Shown here: in pieces, positions 28,489 to 39,451 of the stretch
How positions within the stretch are numbered: position 1 is the first letter of the stretch
Layout of the letters: the number at the start of each line of letters is the position of its first letter
Position numbers and translations under genes: made by a program
Assembly: GCA_049903315.1 (NCBI GenBank)
Contig: JBNGBT010000002.1
Coordinates: 288,001-352,000 of the forward strand
Reading direction: 5' to 3'
DNA from: Candidatus Cloacimonadota bacterium
GTDB lineage: Bacteria; Cloacimonadota; Cloacimonadia; JGIOTU-2
Length of the DNA stretch: 64,000 bases
The notes under the pieces: model-generated
Database searches by the model: none
What the model saw: the letters and a program-made list of their open reading frames with translations, nothing else
Told to the model about the DNA's origin: nothing

Positions 28489-30129
28489 ATGTTAAAAGAA
28501 GAAAAACAAACGTATAACGATGTTTATAAAAAATGGAAGTGGAATGTACCGGAATATTATAATTTTGCTTTTGATGTCGTAGATAAATGGGCGGAAGCTG
28601 ATAAAACGAAATTGGCTCTCGTTTCAATTTTGAAGGACGGCGAATCAGCTCAATTCGATAGCTTTTATGAATTGATGGTGCAGTCAAATAAGGTAGCAAA
28701 TCTCCTGTTGGAACTTGGATTTAAGAAGGGAGATAAAGTTTTATTTATTTCTGATTCTGTACCTGAATGGTATTACTGCATGCTCGGTATGTTCAAACTT
28801 GGTATTGTCCCAATGCCCGGGACAGCTCTTCTTACCACAAAGGATATTGAATACAGATTGAATCGTTCTGAAGCGGTCGGTGTTATTACAAATTCTAATC
28901 ATACTGAATCAGTTGATGAAGCAGTAAAAAAATGCACTTTTGTAAAACATAAAATCCTTATGGATGGCTCTAAGCCAGGTTGGGTAGATCTCGTTGCAAA
29001 AATGAGAGAAATGCCAATCTCACTCGATAAAGATAAAATTATCAAAACAAAGAGTTCAGATCCATTGATGATTTATTTTACTTCAGGTACGACCGGGCAC
29101 CCCAAAATGGTCCTCCATTCACATGCATATCCTCTGGGACATGAAGTAACTGCTAGATTTTGCCAGGATTTAAAACCAACTGATTTACATTGGACTGTCT
29201 CTGATCCAGGTTGGGCTAAATGTGCATGGGGAAAATTCTTTGGCCAAATGATAGTTGGCGCTGCTATTATTCAGTGGGACAATCCTGGAAGATTTGACTC
29301 TGATGGACTGCTAGGTTTGATGGAAAGATACGGCGTGACAACTTTTTGTGCACCACCAACTGTTTATAGAATGCTGATACAGACCGATCTAAGTAAATTC
29401 AAATTAAAGCTTAGGCATTGCCTTGCAGCTGGAGAACCGTTGAATCCAGAAGTTATTAGAGTTTGGAAGGATAATTTTAAACTTGATATATATGACTTTT
29501 TCGGCCAAACTGAAACCGTTGCCCTTCTTTCAAACTTCACATTTCTCCCTTTGAAGTTTGGTTCGGTCGGCTTGCCTACTCCCGGTCATGATGTAAGAGT
29601 TATCAATGATGATCTACAGGAAAGCCCTCCAAATGAAGAAGGTCAAATTGCTTTGTATTTGGACAAGAACAAGCCCAAACCTCCAGGACTGATGAAAGAA
29701 TATTGGAAAGATCCTGATATCATGGCATCAGCGTTCCAGGGTGATTATTATCTTACTGGCGACAAAGCCTATCGTGACGAAGATGGATATTTTTGGTTTG
29801 TCGGCAGAGACGACGATGTAATTAAATCCTCCGGATATAGAATCGGTCCCTTTGAAGTTGAATCGGTTCTGATAGAACATCCAGCTGTTGCAGAATCAGC
29901 AGTAGTTGGTGTAGATGATCCGGATGGTATTCGTGGAATACTTGTTAAGGCATTTATCGTTCTTACTAAAGGATATAAACCATCTGATGAATTAACAAAG
30001 GAGATTCAGGATTTTGTCAAATCAAGGACTGCTCCATATAAATATCCTCGAATTATTGAATATAGTGATAGTTTGCCAAAGACAATTTCTGGAAAACTTC
30101 TGAGAAGAGAATTGAGGAAACAAGGTTAA
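28489..30129 (+). CDS. AMP-forming acyl-CoA synthetase (medium-chain / ACSM-like)
   Basis: YFTSGTTGHPKMV, SDPGWAK, FGQTET, GRDDDVIKSSGYRIGP and LPKTISGK. Confidence 0.92.
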   Translation: MLKEEKQTYNDVYKKWKWNVPEYYNFAFDVVDKWAEADKTKLALVSILKDGESAQFDSFYELMVQSNKVANLLLELGFKKGDKVLFISDSVPEWYYCMLGMFKLGIVPMPGTALLTTKDIEYRLNRSEAVGVITNSNHTESVDEAVKKCTFVKHKILMDGSKPGWVDLVAKMREMPISLDKDKIIKTKSSDPLMIYFTSGTTGHPKMVLHSHAYPLGHEVTARFCQDLKPTDLHWTVSDPGWAKCAWGKFFGQMIVGAAIIQWDNPGRFDSDGLLGLMERYGVTTFCAPPTVYRMLIQTDLSKFKLKLRHCLAAGEPLNPEVIRVWKDNFKLDIYDFFGQTETVALLSNFTFLPLKFGSVGLPTPGHDVRVINDDLQESPPNEEGQIALYLDKNKPKPPGLMKEYWKDPDIMASAFQGDYYLTGDKAYRDEDGYFWFVGRDDDVIKSSGYRIGPFEVESVLIEHPAVAESAVVGVDDPDGIRGILVKAFIVLTKGYKPSDELTKEIQDFVKSRTAPYKYPRIIEYSDSLPKTISGKLLRRELRKQG

Positions 30130-30302
30130 GTATTTGTTAGCAAGAGCCGGATGCAATATTCTGTGTGATTATGGATGGAATCCTTAAGGATTCAATATGC
30201 CCTTCACATAATATTGAACATAAGGTAAGTAACTGATAAAACTCAAAAAATTATAATGTGTGATAATATTAACGAAAAAAATTTATATGCAAGGGAAGCG
30301 AT

Positions 30303-31946
30303 ATGAAAAAAATGCCACTTAACGAAACATTGGGGCATCTCATTGAACGGATTTCTAAGGAATTTCCAGATAATGAAGCCCTCGTTTATCCAGATCAAAA
30401 TATTCGACTTACTTATAAGCAATTCAATGATGAAGTCGATAGAATTGCTAAATCACTTTTGGCTTTGAAAATCACGAAAGGTGATCACGTGTCAATTTGG
30501 TCAACGAATATTCCCGAATGGCCCATTCTCATGTTCGCACTCGCTAAGATTGGAGCTGTTCTTGTTACTGTTAATACAAATTATAAATCACATGAACTTG
30601 AATATTTATTAAAACAATCAGATTCTAAAGCAATTTTTTTAATAGAGAAATTCAAAACTAGTGAATATTATAATTGGTTAAACAAGGTATTAGATGATGC
30701 AACATGGCTCGGTAAAGGAAAACTTGAATCAAGAAAAATTCCCATGCTTAAAAACGTTATTTTATTTGATGATATAGCGAGTGAGAATGCCTTGAGTTAT
30801 AAAGATTTCAGAGAAATGGGAAAAGACATTTCGGATGCTGAATTAGAAGAAATCAAAAAAACGCTTGATGAGGATGATGTTGTCAATATGCAATATACTT
30901 CCGGCACTACCGGATTCCCGAAGGGTGTGATGCTGACACATCATAATATCGCAAATAATGGTTATCTTATCGGCAAACAGATGAAACTCACTGAAAAAGA
31001 TCGTATGTGCATTCCTGTTCCTTTTTTCCATTGTTTCGGTTGCGTCCTGGGAATACTTGCAGCTGTGACGCATGGCACTACCATGCTGCCGCTCGTTACA
31101 TTTGATGCAGAAGAAGTTCTTAAACTTGTCAGTAATGAGAAATGTACTGTATTACACGGTGTGCCCACGATGTTCATTGCTGAACTTGGTGTCGAAGACA
31201 GGCATAAGTATGACACAACATCACTTCGTACCGGTATTATGGCCGGGTCACCATGTCCTGTCGAGGTTATGAACAAGGTTATTAACGAAATGCATTGCTC
31301 CCAGATTACTATTGCCTATGGTTTAACTGAGAATTCTCCCGTTATTACAATGACATCTGTTGATGATGATGTTGAACATCGCACAACAACTGTGGGAAGA
31401 GTGTTACCCCCAATGAAAATGAGAATAGTAAATCTGGAAACTGAATTGGATTGCAAGCCTGGTGAACAGGGTGAGGTCATCATGTCTGGCGAATGCGTGA
31501 TGACTGGTTATTATAAGATGGAAAAGGAGAATGAAGTAGCAATAAGAAACGGCTGGTTGCATTCAGGTGATCTTGGTGTTGTCGATGAAGATGGATATCT
31601 TAAAATAACAGGTCGTATCAAGGATATGATTATACGTGGCGGTGAGAATGTTTATCCTCGTGAGATCGAAGAATTTCTCTATACACATCCGAAAATCATC
31701 GATGTCCAGGTTATCGGAGTTCCTGATCAAAAATATGGAGAACAGGTTTTAGCAGCCATCAAGCTAAAAGATGGTGAAACCGCAACACCGGAAGAGATTA
31801 AAGATTTCTGCATGCAAAACATTGCACGTCATAAACAACCCTACTATGTTGTATTCGTGAATAACTATCCCATGACTGCATCAGGAAAAATCCAAAAATT
31901 CAAGCTTCGCGATGAAATGGTGAAACAACTAAATCTTGGAAATTAG
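30303..31946 (+). CDS. AMP-binding fatty acyl-CoA synthetase (ACSF2-like)
   Basis: QYTSGTTGFPKGV, PFFHCFG, YGLTENSP, GRIKDMIIRGGEN and TASGKIQK. Confidence 0.92.
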   Translation: MKKMPLNETLGHLIERISKEFPDNEALVYPDQNIRLTYKQFNDEVDRIAKSLLALKITKGDHVSIWSTNIPEWPILMFALAKIGAVLVTVNTNYKSHELEYLLKQSDSKAIFLIEKFKTSEYYNWLNKVLDDATWLGKGKLESRKIPMLKNVILFDDIASENALSYKDFREMGKDISDAELEEIKKTLDEDDVVNMQYTSGTTGFPKGVMLTHHNIANNGYLIGKQMKLTEKDRMCIPVPFFHCFGCVLGILAAVTHGTTMLPLVTFDAEEVLKLVSNEKCTVLHGVPTMFIAELGVEDRHKYDTTSLRTGIMAGSPCPVEVMNKVINEMHCSQITIAYGLTENSPVITMTSVDDDVEHRTTTVGRVLPPMKMRIVNLETELDCKPGEQGEVIMSGECVMTGYYKMEKENEVAIRNGWLHSGDLGVVDEDGYLKITGRIKDMIIRGGENVYPREIEEFLYTHPKIIDVQVIGVPDQKYGEQVLAAIKLKDGETATPEEIKDFCMQNIARHKQPYYVVFVNNYPMTASGKIQKFKLRDEMVKQLNLGN

Positions 31947-32032
31947 AATTTCTTAATAAAATACATAATGACATTCATTTTCTTGACACGTTTATTTCTT
32001 CATTTTTTTCCACAAAAAATAATGGAGTAAAA

Positions 32033-32977
32033 ATGGCAATAAAAAAATTATCAAGATTGATCGAACTTGCGCAGAAAATTCCAAAGAAAAAAGTAGTGGT
32101 AACGTATGCTCAGGATGAAACAACCATTTTGGCAACCAAGCGTGCGACAGATTTAAAATTTGCAGAATTCACCCTGATCGGTGATAAAAAAGTGATAAGT
32201 AAAATCTGTGCTGATCACAATATCGATACCAGCATCTACACCATCATACATGAACCAGATGAAATGGAAGCCGGTCACAAGGCGATGCAGCTTGTAAGTG
32301 AAGGTGATGGTGAAGTTATGATGAAGGGCTTGATCTCATCTGATAAGTTTTTAAAATGCATGCTGGATAGGGAATATGGACTGATGATCCCTGATGCCAC
32401 ACTTACTTCGGTTTCTATTGCAGAAATACCCGACTACCACAAGCTACTTATCTTCGCAGATGCTGCTTTTATACCCCGCCCAAATATCGATCAAAAAATT
32501 GCCATGACCAATTATGTGATTGAAACCGCCCGTAAAATCGGGGTGAAACGCCCCAAAGTTGCTATCATTTCCTTCTCGGAAAAACTCAATCCCAAAATTC
32601 CTACTGCCATCGATGCTGCTTTTATATCCAAGATGGCTGATCGGCAGCAGATTAAAAATGCTGATGTGGACGGACCGCTTTCCATCGACCTTTCTATCGA
32701 TGCGAAAAGTTTGCATTACAAAGGTGTGTCCAGTTGTGTTAAGGGAAATGCTGATTGCCTGGTCTTTCCCTTCCTGGAAGCGGCAAATGTTTTCTATAAA
32801 TCACTCACCTACTTCGCGCACGCCCAAATGGCTACAGCAATTGTGGGAACTAAAATTCCAACTACTCTTTCATCTCGCAGTGACTCGATGAACAATAAAT
32901 TATATTCTCTTGCCTTTGCCTGCCTTAGAGCAGATGCGGAATTAATGGATAATATTGAAATAGAGACAATTCGATGA
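32033..32977 (+). CDS. Phosphate butyryl/acyltransferase (PTA/PTB family)
   Basis: MMKGLI, ADAAFIPRP, VDGPLSID and LSSRSDS. Confidence 0.85.
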   Translation: MAIKKLSRLIELAQKIPKKKVVVTYAQDETTILATKRATDLKFAEFTLIGDKKVISKICADHNIDTSIYTIIHEPDEMEAGHKAMQLVSEGDGEVMMKGLISSDKFLKCMLDREYGLMIPDATLTSVSIAEIPDYHKLLIFADAAFIPRPNIDQKIAMTNYVIETARKIGVKRPKVAIISFSEKLNPKIPTAIDAAFISKMADRQQIKNADVDGPLSIDLSIDAKSLHYKGVSSCVKGNADCLVFPFLEAANVFYKSLTYFAHAQMATAIVGTKIPTTLSSRSDSMNNKLYSLAFACLRADAELMDNIEIETIR

Positions 32978-33417
32978 GAATCGTACTGGCTTCCGATCAT
33001 GCAGGTTATACTCTCAAAGAGAAGCTCTTAGAGTATCTTCAAAAAGAGAATTATACTGTCATTGACGGAGGTGCATCCTCAGCAGAATCAATAGATTATC
33101 CTGATATTGGCTTTCCTGCCGCAGAAATGGTTGCACAAGGAATAGTGGATTTTGGAATTGCGATCTGCGGCTCAGGCATTGGTATGAGCATAGTTACGAA
33201 TAAAGTTAAGGGTGTCCGGGCAGCGCTTTGCACCTCAGAAACCATCGCAAGACTCTCCCGCCAGCATAATGATGCAAACATGCTTATACTTCCCGGAAGG
33301 TTCATGCCTTTTGAAGAAGCAAAGAAAATAGTTGACACGTGGATCACGACAAAATTTGATGGCGGTCGTCATCAAAGACGTTTAAATAAAATAAAAAAAT
33401 ACGAGGAACGCCGATAA
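32974..33417 (+). CDS. rpiB: Ribose-5-phosphate isomerase B
   Basis: SDHAG, DYPD, CGSGIG, HNDAN and GGRHQRR. Confidence 0.95.
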   Translation: MRIVLASDHAGYTLKEKLLEYLQKENYTVIDGGASSAESIDYPDIGFPAAEMVAQGIVDFGIAICGSGIGMSIVTNKVKGVRAALCTSETIARLSRQHNDANMLILPGRFMPFEEAKKIVDTWITTKFDGGRHQRRLNKIKKYEERR

Positions 33418-33498
33418 GTTCTTAGTAATTCTCTTATTCATAATACATAATTTTAAACACGATAAACCATTTTCAAAAATCATAATAACGGAGGAATA

Positions 33499-34806
33499 AT
33501 GTTAAATTATGATGAAATAAAAAAAGTTGATCCTGAAATTTATGCAGCAATAATGAATGAAGTCGAAAGGCAATATCATAATCTTGAGCTGATCGCTTCG
33601 GAAAATATTGTGTCTGAAGCAGTAATGGAAGCTGCCGGCTCTGTCCTCACGAATAAATATGCAGAAGGATATCCCTATAGATACAGCCGTAAAACCGGTG
33701 AGTTGTTATACAGATTATATGGCAGATATTATGGCGGATGCGAATTTGTCGATGACGTCGAGCGTCTAGCCATTGAAAGAGCCAAGGAACTTTTTGGAGC
33801 CGAGCATGCAAATGTGCAGCCGCATTCGGGATCTCAGGCAAATATGGCTGCTTATTTTACACTCATAAAACCGGGAGATACAATTCTCAGTCTGGAACTC
33901 ACACACGGCGGACATTTAACTCATGGGCATCCGTTGAGTTTCTCGGGTAATCTATTTAATATTGTGCCTTATGGTGTGAATAAAAAAACTGAGCAATTCG
34001 ACTATGACGAGATCCGCGCAAAAGCACTCGAATGCAAACCCAAGATGATCCTCACAGGTGCAAGCGCTTATCCACGCACGATAGATTTTAAAAAATTTAG
34101 AGAAATTGCTGATGAAGTTGGTGCACCGCTCGTTGTTGATATGGCACATATTGCCGGATTGATAGCAACAGGTCTTCACCCAAGCCCTGTTCCTTATGCC
34201 GATATTGTTACAACAACCACTCACAAGACCCTTCGTGGTCCAAGGGGCGGTATGATCCTTTGTAAGGAGAAATATGCCCAGGAACTCGACAAATGGGTAT
34301 TTCCCGGCATTCAGGGTGGTCCTCTGGAACATATTATCGCAGCAAAAGCTGTCGCGTTCAAAGAAGCACTCGCAGATGACTTTGTAGTCTATCAAAAACA
34401 AATCCTTGCGAATGCCCAGGCACTAGCAAATGGTCTGATGAATAGGGGATTCAACCTGGTTTCTGATGGAACAGATACTCATCTCATGTTGCTTGACCTT
34501 GGAGCTGAAGAAGAAGGTGGTCCCTCAGGAAAGAAGATGGAAGGATCTCTTGATCTGGCAGGCATTACGGCAAATAAAAATACCGTTCCTTTCGATACCC
34601 GACCACCATTTGTGGCATCTGGAATTCGCCTTGGTACGCCTGCGGTGACTACTCGCGGAATGAAAGAATCAGAGATGGATATAGTTGCAGATTTTATCAG
34701 AAAAGTATATGATAACTATGAAAATGAAGAGCAATTAGTAAAAATAAAAGAAGATGTACAGGCACTCTGTGCACAATTCCCGATCTTTGAGGAATTGAGA
34801 AAATAA
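33499..34806 (+). CDS. glyA: Serine hydroxymethyltransferase
   Basis: [37 protein letters not shown] and SGIRLGT. Confidence 0.97.
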   Translation: MLNYDEIKKVDPEIYAAIMNEVERQYHNLELIASENIVSEAVMEAAGSVLTNKYAEGYPYRYSRKTGELLYRLYGRYYGGCEFVDDVERLAIERAKELFGAEHANVQPHSGSQANMAAYFTLIKPGDTILSLELTHGGHLTHGHPLSFSGNLFNIVPYGVNKKTEQFDYDEIRAKALECKPKMILTGASAYPRTIDFKKFREIADEVGAPLVVDMAHIAGLIATGLHPSPVPYADIVTTTTHKTLRGPRGGMILCKEKYAQELDKWVFPGIQGGPLEHIIAAKAVAFKEALADDFVVYQKQILANAQALANGLMNRGFNLVSDGTDTHLMLLDLGAEEEGGPSGKKMEGSLDLAGITANKNTVPFDTRPPFVASGIRLGTPAVTTRGMKESEMDIVADFIRKVYDNYENEEQLVKIKEDVQALCAQFPIFEELRK

Positions 34807-34817
34807 AGAAGGTTTCT

Positions 34818-35642
34818 ATGAATACGTTCAGACACGGTGATACTATTACAGAATTACTGGAAACTGATAAAGATGCGTTGAGAAAGATGTATCTCAATGA
34901 AATTACCCTCCAATACAGAAAGTGGAAAACTGCCAATCTCGAGATCACTTCAAACAGCCACGAGGATTTGAAAAAGAAGATAAATCTCTATTCCGAATAT
35001 CGTGAGTTTCTATTCACAAAGAAATTCAGAGAAGAGAATACATTTCTCAAGCAAAGAAAGTTGTTCGAGACTGCTTTTTCAGAATTTCTTTACTATGTAA
35101 TGAAAGATCTGAAAATAATTGAAGAGATGGAACTCCATTTCGGAAGAGCTGATGTCCCTTTGAATCTGAAATTCGAATATGAAAAACTTGAAAATATCAA
35201 AAAAGAGAATTTACTCATTCTCTCAAACCAGAAAATGCGTATGGTTGTAGGCAAAAATCTGCAGGTCAAATATCGAGTTCAGGGACGAAAGACTTATGCA
35301 GAATTCGATATGATGCTTCCTATTATTATTACAGAAACTGCCATGGTGCTTGATGACTGGTTTGTCCTTTCTAACCAGAATCAGGTAAGAAAAGTGAAAT
35401 CTCTTTTTCCAAAATGTTTGAGTTTCATTATCTGTGAAGTGGTGAATCACGATTTTCATGTAGATGTATCGAGCTCTAATATTGATGGTATTTATATTTT
35501 GCAGCAACAAACAACACGTATGAAAAGAAGGAAGATTTCCTGCGAAGTACTCGAGTCATTTCTTCATAAGATTCAGACTCATCTATACCAGCAACGTGAA
35601 GACATCCTCAAGAAAATCAGAAAAGGCGTTTTGGCCGATTAA
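34818..35642 (+). CDS. Hypothetical protein resembling Bpu10I-family restriction endonucleases, catalytic motif degenerate
   Basis: PIIITETAMVLD...KVKSLFPKCLSFIICE...IDGIYIL parallels my recollection of the family pattern ECKTxLD...K...P.....lcE...ID.v.iL. Confidence 0.45.
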   Translation: MNTFRHGDTITELLETDKDALRKMYLNEITLQYRKWKTANLEITSNSHEDLKKKINLYSEYREFLFTKKFREENTFLKQRKLFETAFSEFLYYVMKDLKIIEEMELHFGRADVPLNLKFEYEKLENIKKENLLILSNQKMRMVVGKNLQVKYRVQGRKTYAEFDMMLPIIITETAMVLDDWFVLSNQNQVRKVKSLFPKCLSFIICEVVNHDFHVDVSSSNIDGIYILQQQTTRMKRRKISCEVLESFLHKIQTHLYQQREDILKKIRKGVLAD

Positions 35643-35662
35643 CAGAAATAAATGGAGTCAAT

Positions 35663-36646
35663 ATGAATATACAAGAGATCAACCAAAAAGTAATTGAAAA
35701 AACTGAGTTTGTTCAGTCCATTTTTACTGAAATAGCAAAGGTCATTGTAGGTCAGGAATATATGATACGACGTTTGCTGATCGGACTTTTTGCAGATGGA
35801 CATGTACTGCTCGAAGGTGTTCCGGGACTTGCAAAAACTCTTTCAGTCAGCACTCTCGCTGATGTGATCAGTGTCGCTTTTAATCGAATTCAATTCACTC
35901 CCGATCTTCTTCCCGCAGACCTTATCGGAACGCTTATTTTTAATCAGAAAGAGGGGACTTTTACCCCGAAAAAGGGTCCTATCTTTTCGAACATTATTCT
36001 TGCTGATGAAATTAACCGGGCACCTTCAAAAGTGCAAAGCGCTCTCCTCGAAGCAATGCAGGAACGCCAGGTAACTATTGGCGAGAAATCCTACAAGTTG
36101 GATGAGCCGTTTCTTGTACTTGCAACACAGAATCCTATCGAACAGGAAGGCACATACCCACTCCCCGAAGCACAGGTCGACAGGTTTATGCTCAAACTCA
36201 AAGTAACGTATCCCAAAAAAGAAGAAGAAAGAGAAATTATCAATAGGATGTCAGATAATAAACCGATCAAAGTAAATAAGGTCATCAAGCCCAAAGACGT
36301 GCTTCATACAAGGGCTTTGGTAAATGAAATTTATGTTGATGAAAAGATCAAGGAGTATGTGCTGAACATTGTCTTCTCGACCCGAACACCGGAAGAATAC
36401 GGATTGAAAGATATCAGTGAGTTTATTGAATTCGGTGCTTCACCCCGTGCTTCGATCTATCTTGTACGTGCAGCAAAAGCAAATGCGCTTCTTGACCAGC
36501 GTGGTTACGTGTCACCTGAAGACATTAAGGAGATCGGCAAAGATGTGTTGCGGCATCGTATCATCCTTACCTATGAAGCTGAAGCGGAAAATATTACTCC
36601 GGAAGATATTGTTGATAGAATCTTTGATGAAATTGAAATTCCATAA
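35663..36646 (+). CDS. moxR: MoxR-family AAA+ ATPase
   Basis: EGVPGLAKT, RIQFTPDLLPAD, ADEINRA and ATQNPIEQEGTYPLPEAQVDRF. Confidence 0.95.
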   Translation: MNIQEINQKVIEKTEFVQSIFTEIAKVIVGQEYMIRRLLIGLFADGHVLLEGVPGLAKTLSVSTLADVISVAFNRIQFTPDLLPADLIGTLIFNQKEGTFTPKKGPIFSNIILADEINRAPSKVQSALLEAMQERQVTIGEKSYKLDEPFLVLATQNPIEQEGTYPLPEAQVDRFMLKLKVTYPKKEEEREIINRMSDNKPIKVNKVIKPKDVLHTRALVNEIYVDEKIKEYVLNIVFSTRTPEEYGLKDISEFIEFGASPRASIYLVRAAKANALLDQRGYVSPEDIKEIGKDVLRHRIILTYEAEAENITPEDIVDRIFDEIEIP

Positions 36647-36664
36647 TTAGAATATTCATAAGTT

Positions 36665-37543
36665 ATGATCCCAAAAGAGATTCTCCAGCAGATCAAACGC
36701 ATTGAGATATCCACCAGAAGCATAGTCAATGACATGTTTTCCGGCGAGTATCACAGTGTGTTCAAAGGACAGGGACTCGAATTTTCCGAAGTGCGCGCAT
36801 ACCAGCCCGGAGATAATGTCAAACTCATTGACTGGAATGTGTCTGCTCGTATGGGACATCCGTACATTAAAAAATTCGAAGAAACCCGTGAACTCACCGT
36901 CATGCTCATGATCGACGTGAGCCGATCAGGTTCATTTGGAACATTTCACAAGTTAAAAAGGGAAATCGCTGCAGAAGTTGGTGCTATTCTCTCGTTCTCT
37001 GCAACAAAAAACAACGATAAAGTGGGCTTGCTTCTCTTCTCTGATGAGGTAGAAAAATATATCCCGCCCAAAAAAGGAAAAAACTCAGTTTTGAGAATTG
37101 TTCGTGAAATCCTTTATTACAAGCCGGTTCATCAGAAAACAAGTTTGCAGAATGCTCTCGAATATTATTACAAGATGTCCAAAAAACGTAGTATTCTTTT
37201 CCTCATTTCAGATTTCTTCGATGTTGATTATCAAAAAACACTGCAAATCGTCGCGCAGAAGCATGATGTCGTTGCAATCCGCATTCTCGATCCGAAAGAA
37301 TATACGCTTCCAGAAGTAGGATTTATTACCTTTCAGGATGCAGAAACAGGCAAAGAAGTAATCATAAATGCAAATGATAGTGAGCTTCGCAAGAAATACG
37401 AGGAATATATTTCAGAAACTGTCCAATCATTTCCTCAGCTTCTGAAAAAGTTGAAGATAGATCTGATCGATATCCGCACAGATACAGATTATATTGAAGA
37501 TATAGTGAAATTTTTCAAGCAGAGAGCAAAAAGGTTTCGATGA
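36665..37543 (+). CDS. DUF58 domain protein
   Basis: GEYHSVFKGQGLEFSEVRAYQPGD, IDWNVSAR and ISDF. Confidence 0.92.
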   Translation: MIPKEILQQIKRIEISTRSIVNDMFSGEYHSVFKGQGLEFSEVRAYQPGDNVKLIDWNVSARMGHPYIKKFEETRELTVMLMIDVSRSGSFGTFHKLKREIAAEVGAILSFSATKNNDKVGLLLFSDEVEKYIPPKKGKNSVLRIVREILYYKPVHQKTSLQNALEYYYKMSKKRSILFLISDFFDVDYQKTLQIVAQKHDVVAIRILDPKEYTLPEVGFITFQDAETGKEVIINANDSELRKKYEEYISETVQSFPQLLKKLKIDLIDIRTDTDYIEDIVKFFKQRAKRFR

Positions 37544-38463
37544 AGAAATTAATCATTCTTACAGTTTTCATTTTCATTATCCAAAGCTTGGCATTTGGCT
37601 ATTCTATTGATACAGATATAGATACTACGAAAACCGATCTTGATCACCTTCAGGTCGGGGACAGGATATATTTTGATGTATCAGTTCTGCATGAAGATGA
37701 AGATAATATCCATTACATTCCTCAAGAACCGTCAGAAATATTTCTAATCCTTTCATATTCTACTGAAATTCAGCACCTAGCTAATGAGATTCAAACCGGC
37801 TTTCATTTTACCTCAGCTTTTTTTGATACTGGTTTGCAAACGATTCCACCACAGGAATTCATTCTCACTTCATCGGAAGATTCAGTAAAAATATATTCCG
37901 ACTCTTTGGAAGTTTTAGTACATTCTATTCTCCCTGCAGACAGTGTTGCTCTCAAAGACATTAAACCACCCGTTTCATTACACCTTGGATTCTGGGATAT
38001 TGCGATACCTATATTAATGATAGCAATCATAATATTTGTCATAATAATCATTACACGAAGTAGAAAAGGATTGGCTCTCATTCCCGAAAAGAAAAAGAAA
38101 ATCTTGCCTGCGCATGTGATCGCTTTGAAGAAAATCGAGCAACTAAAATTGCAGGATTATATTGCGAAAGGTGATATAAAACGCTATTATGTAGAAGTTT
38201 CCTGGATTAGCAGAGAATATCTGGAGAATCGCTATCATAAACCATTTCTTGAAATGACCGGCTTCGAGATTCGTCAATCCCTGAAAGACCTGAATGTTGA
38301 AAAGAGAATAGAAACTAATACTATCCTTCAGGAGTGTGATCGTGTGAAATTCGCAAAATATATACCTCCGATTCAGGATGCTGAAAAAATATTGAATGAG
38401 CTCATTGATGTAATTCACGAAACCAAAGAGCAAGAAATAGCAGAGGAAAAAGATGAGAATTGA
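37540..38463 (+). CDS. Bat-operon membrane protein
   Basis: Signal peptide, LKDIKPP plus TM helix, REYLE...EMT, DRVKFA; lies between DUF58 and batA. Confidence 0.75.
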   Translation: MKKLIILTVFIFIIQSLAFGYSIDTDIDTTKTDLDHLQVGDRIYFDVSVLHEDEDNIHYIPQEPSEIFLILSYSTEIQHLANEIQTGFHFTSAFFDTGLQTIPPQEFILTSSEDSVKIYSDSLEVLVHSILPADSVALKDIKPPVSLHLGFWDIAIPILMIAIIIFVIIIITRSRKGLALIPEKKKKILPAHVIALKKIEQLKLQDYIAKGDIKRYYVEVSWISREYLENRYHKPFLEMTGFEIRQSLKDLNVEKRIETNTILQECDRVKFAKYIPPIQDAEKILNELIDVIHETKEQEIAEEKDEN

Positions 38464-39451
38464 ATTTCTTAAACCTGCCTTTTTTTGGTTGCTGGTTCTG
38501 ATACCATTACTTGTCGTGTATGAAATTTTTGTGAAAAGCAGAAAGAAGCCGACAGTTCTTTACTCCAATATACAGCTTTTAAAACCGTTTATTTCAAGCA
38601 AATCTCAAATACTATATTATTTACGATATATATTTCATCTTATCATATTTATTGCTTGTGTGATAGCACTTGCCCGACCGGTTCTTCCCGAACGATTTAC
38701 CAGAGTGAAGGGCAAAGGTGTGGACATCATACTTGCCATGGATGTTTCGACAAGTATGCGTGCGATAGATTTTCAGCCAAATAATCGGCTTTATGTCGCT
38801 AAGGAAGAAGCAAAGAAATTCATAGAGTCGCGTCCCACAGATAGGATTGGACTCGTCATTTTTGGTGGAGAAAGCTACACGCAGTGCCCTCTGACGATCG
38901 ACCATAAGATTTTAATAGAATTACTTGAACAGATCAAAACCGGTATGGTGGAGGATGGAACTGCAATTGGCATGGGAATAGCAACATCAATAAATCGCTT
39001 GCGCGATTCTACAGCAAAAAGCAAGGTCATAATCCTGCTCACTGACGGTAGAAATAATTCCGGAGAAATCGATCCAATTACTGCTGCAACTCTTGCAAAT
39101 GACTTAGGCATAAAGATATATCCAATCGGCGTAGGTAAAGAAGGTGTTTCACAAATTCCTGTTGATCATCCTGTATATGGAAGGCAGTATGTTTCCCAAC
39201 AGCTGGATATAGACATGAACACTTTGAATAAAATCGCCGAAATTTGCGGTACGGAAAAGGCGTCTCGTGCACAGAATCCCGAGCAGTTGAAAGAAATTAT
39301 GCAGCACATCGATAAAATGGAAAAAACAGAGATCACAGAAAAAGTGCATTACAGATATTATGATCTTTTCTTTTATTTTATATATGCAGCTTTGCTTTTG
39401 ATCGTGCTTGAAATTCTGTATTCAAGATTTATATTAAAGAGGATACCATAA
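38453..39451 (+). CDS. batA: vWA domain protein BatA
   Basis: ALARP, MIDAS DVSTSM, DRIGLV, GTAIG and LLTDG. Confidence 0.88.
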   Translation: MRIEFLKPAFFWLLVLIPLLVVYEIFVKSRKKPTVLYSNIQLLKPFISSKSQILYYLRYIFHLIIFIACVIALARPVLPERFTRVKGKGVDIILAMDVSTSMRAIDFQPNNRLYVAKEEAKKFIESRPTDRIGLVIFGGESYTQCPLTIDHKILIELLEQIKTGMVEDGTAIGMGIATSINRLRDSTAKSKVIILLTDGRNNSGEIDPITAATLANDLGIKIYPIGVGKEGVSQIPVDHPVYGRQYVSQQLDIDMNTLNKIAEICGTEKASRAQNPEQLKEIMQHIDKMEKTEITEKVHYRYYDLFFYFIYAALLLIVLEILYSRFILKRIP

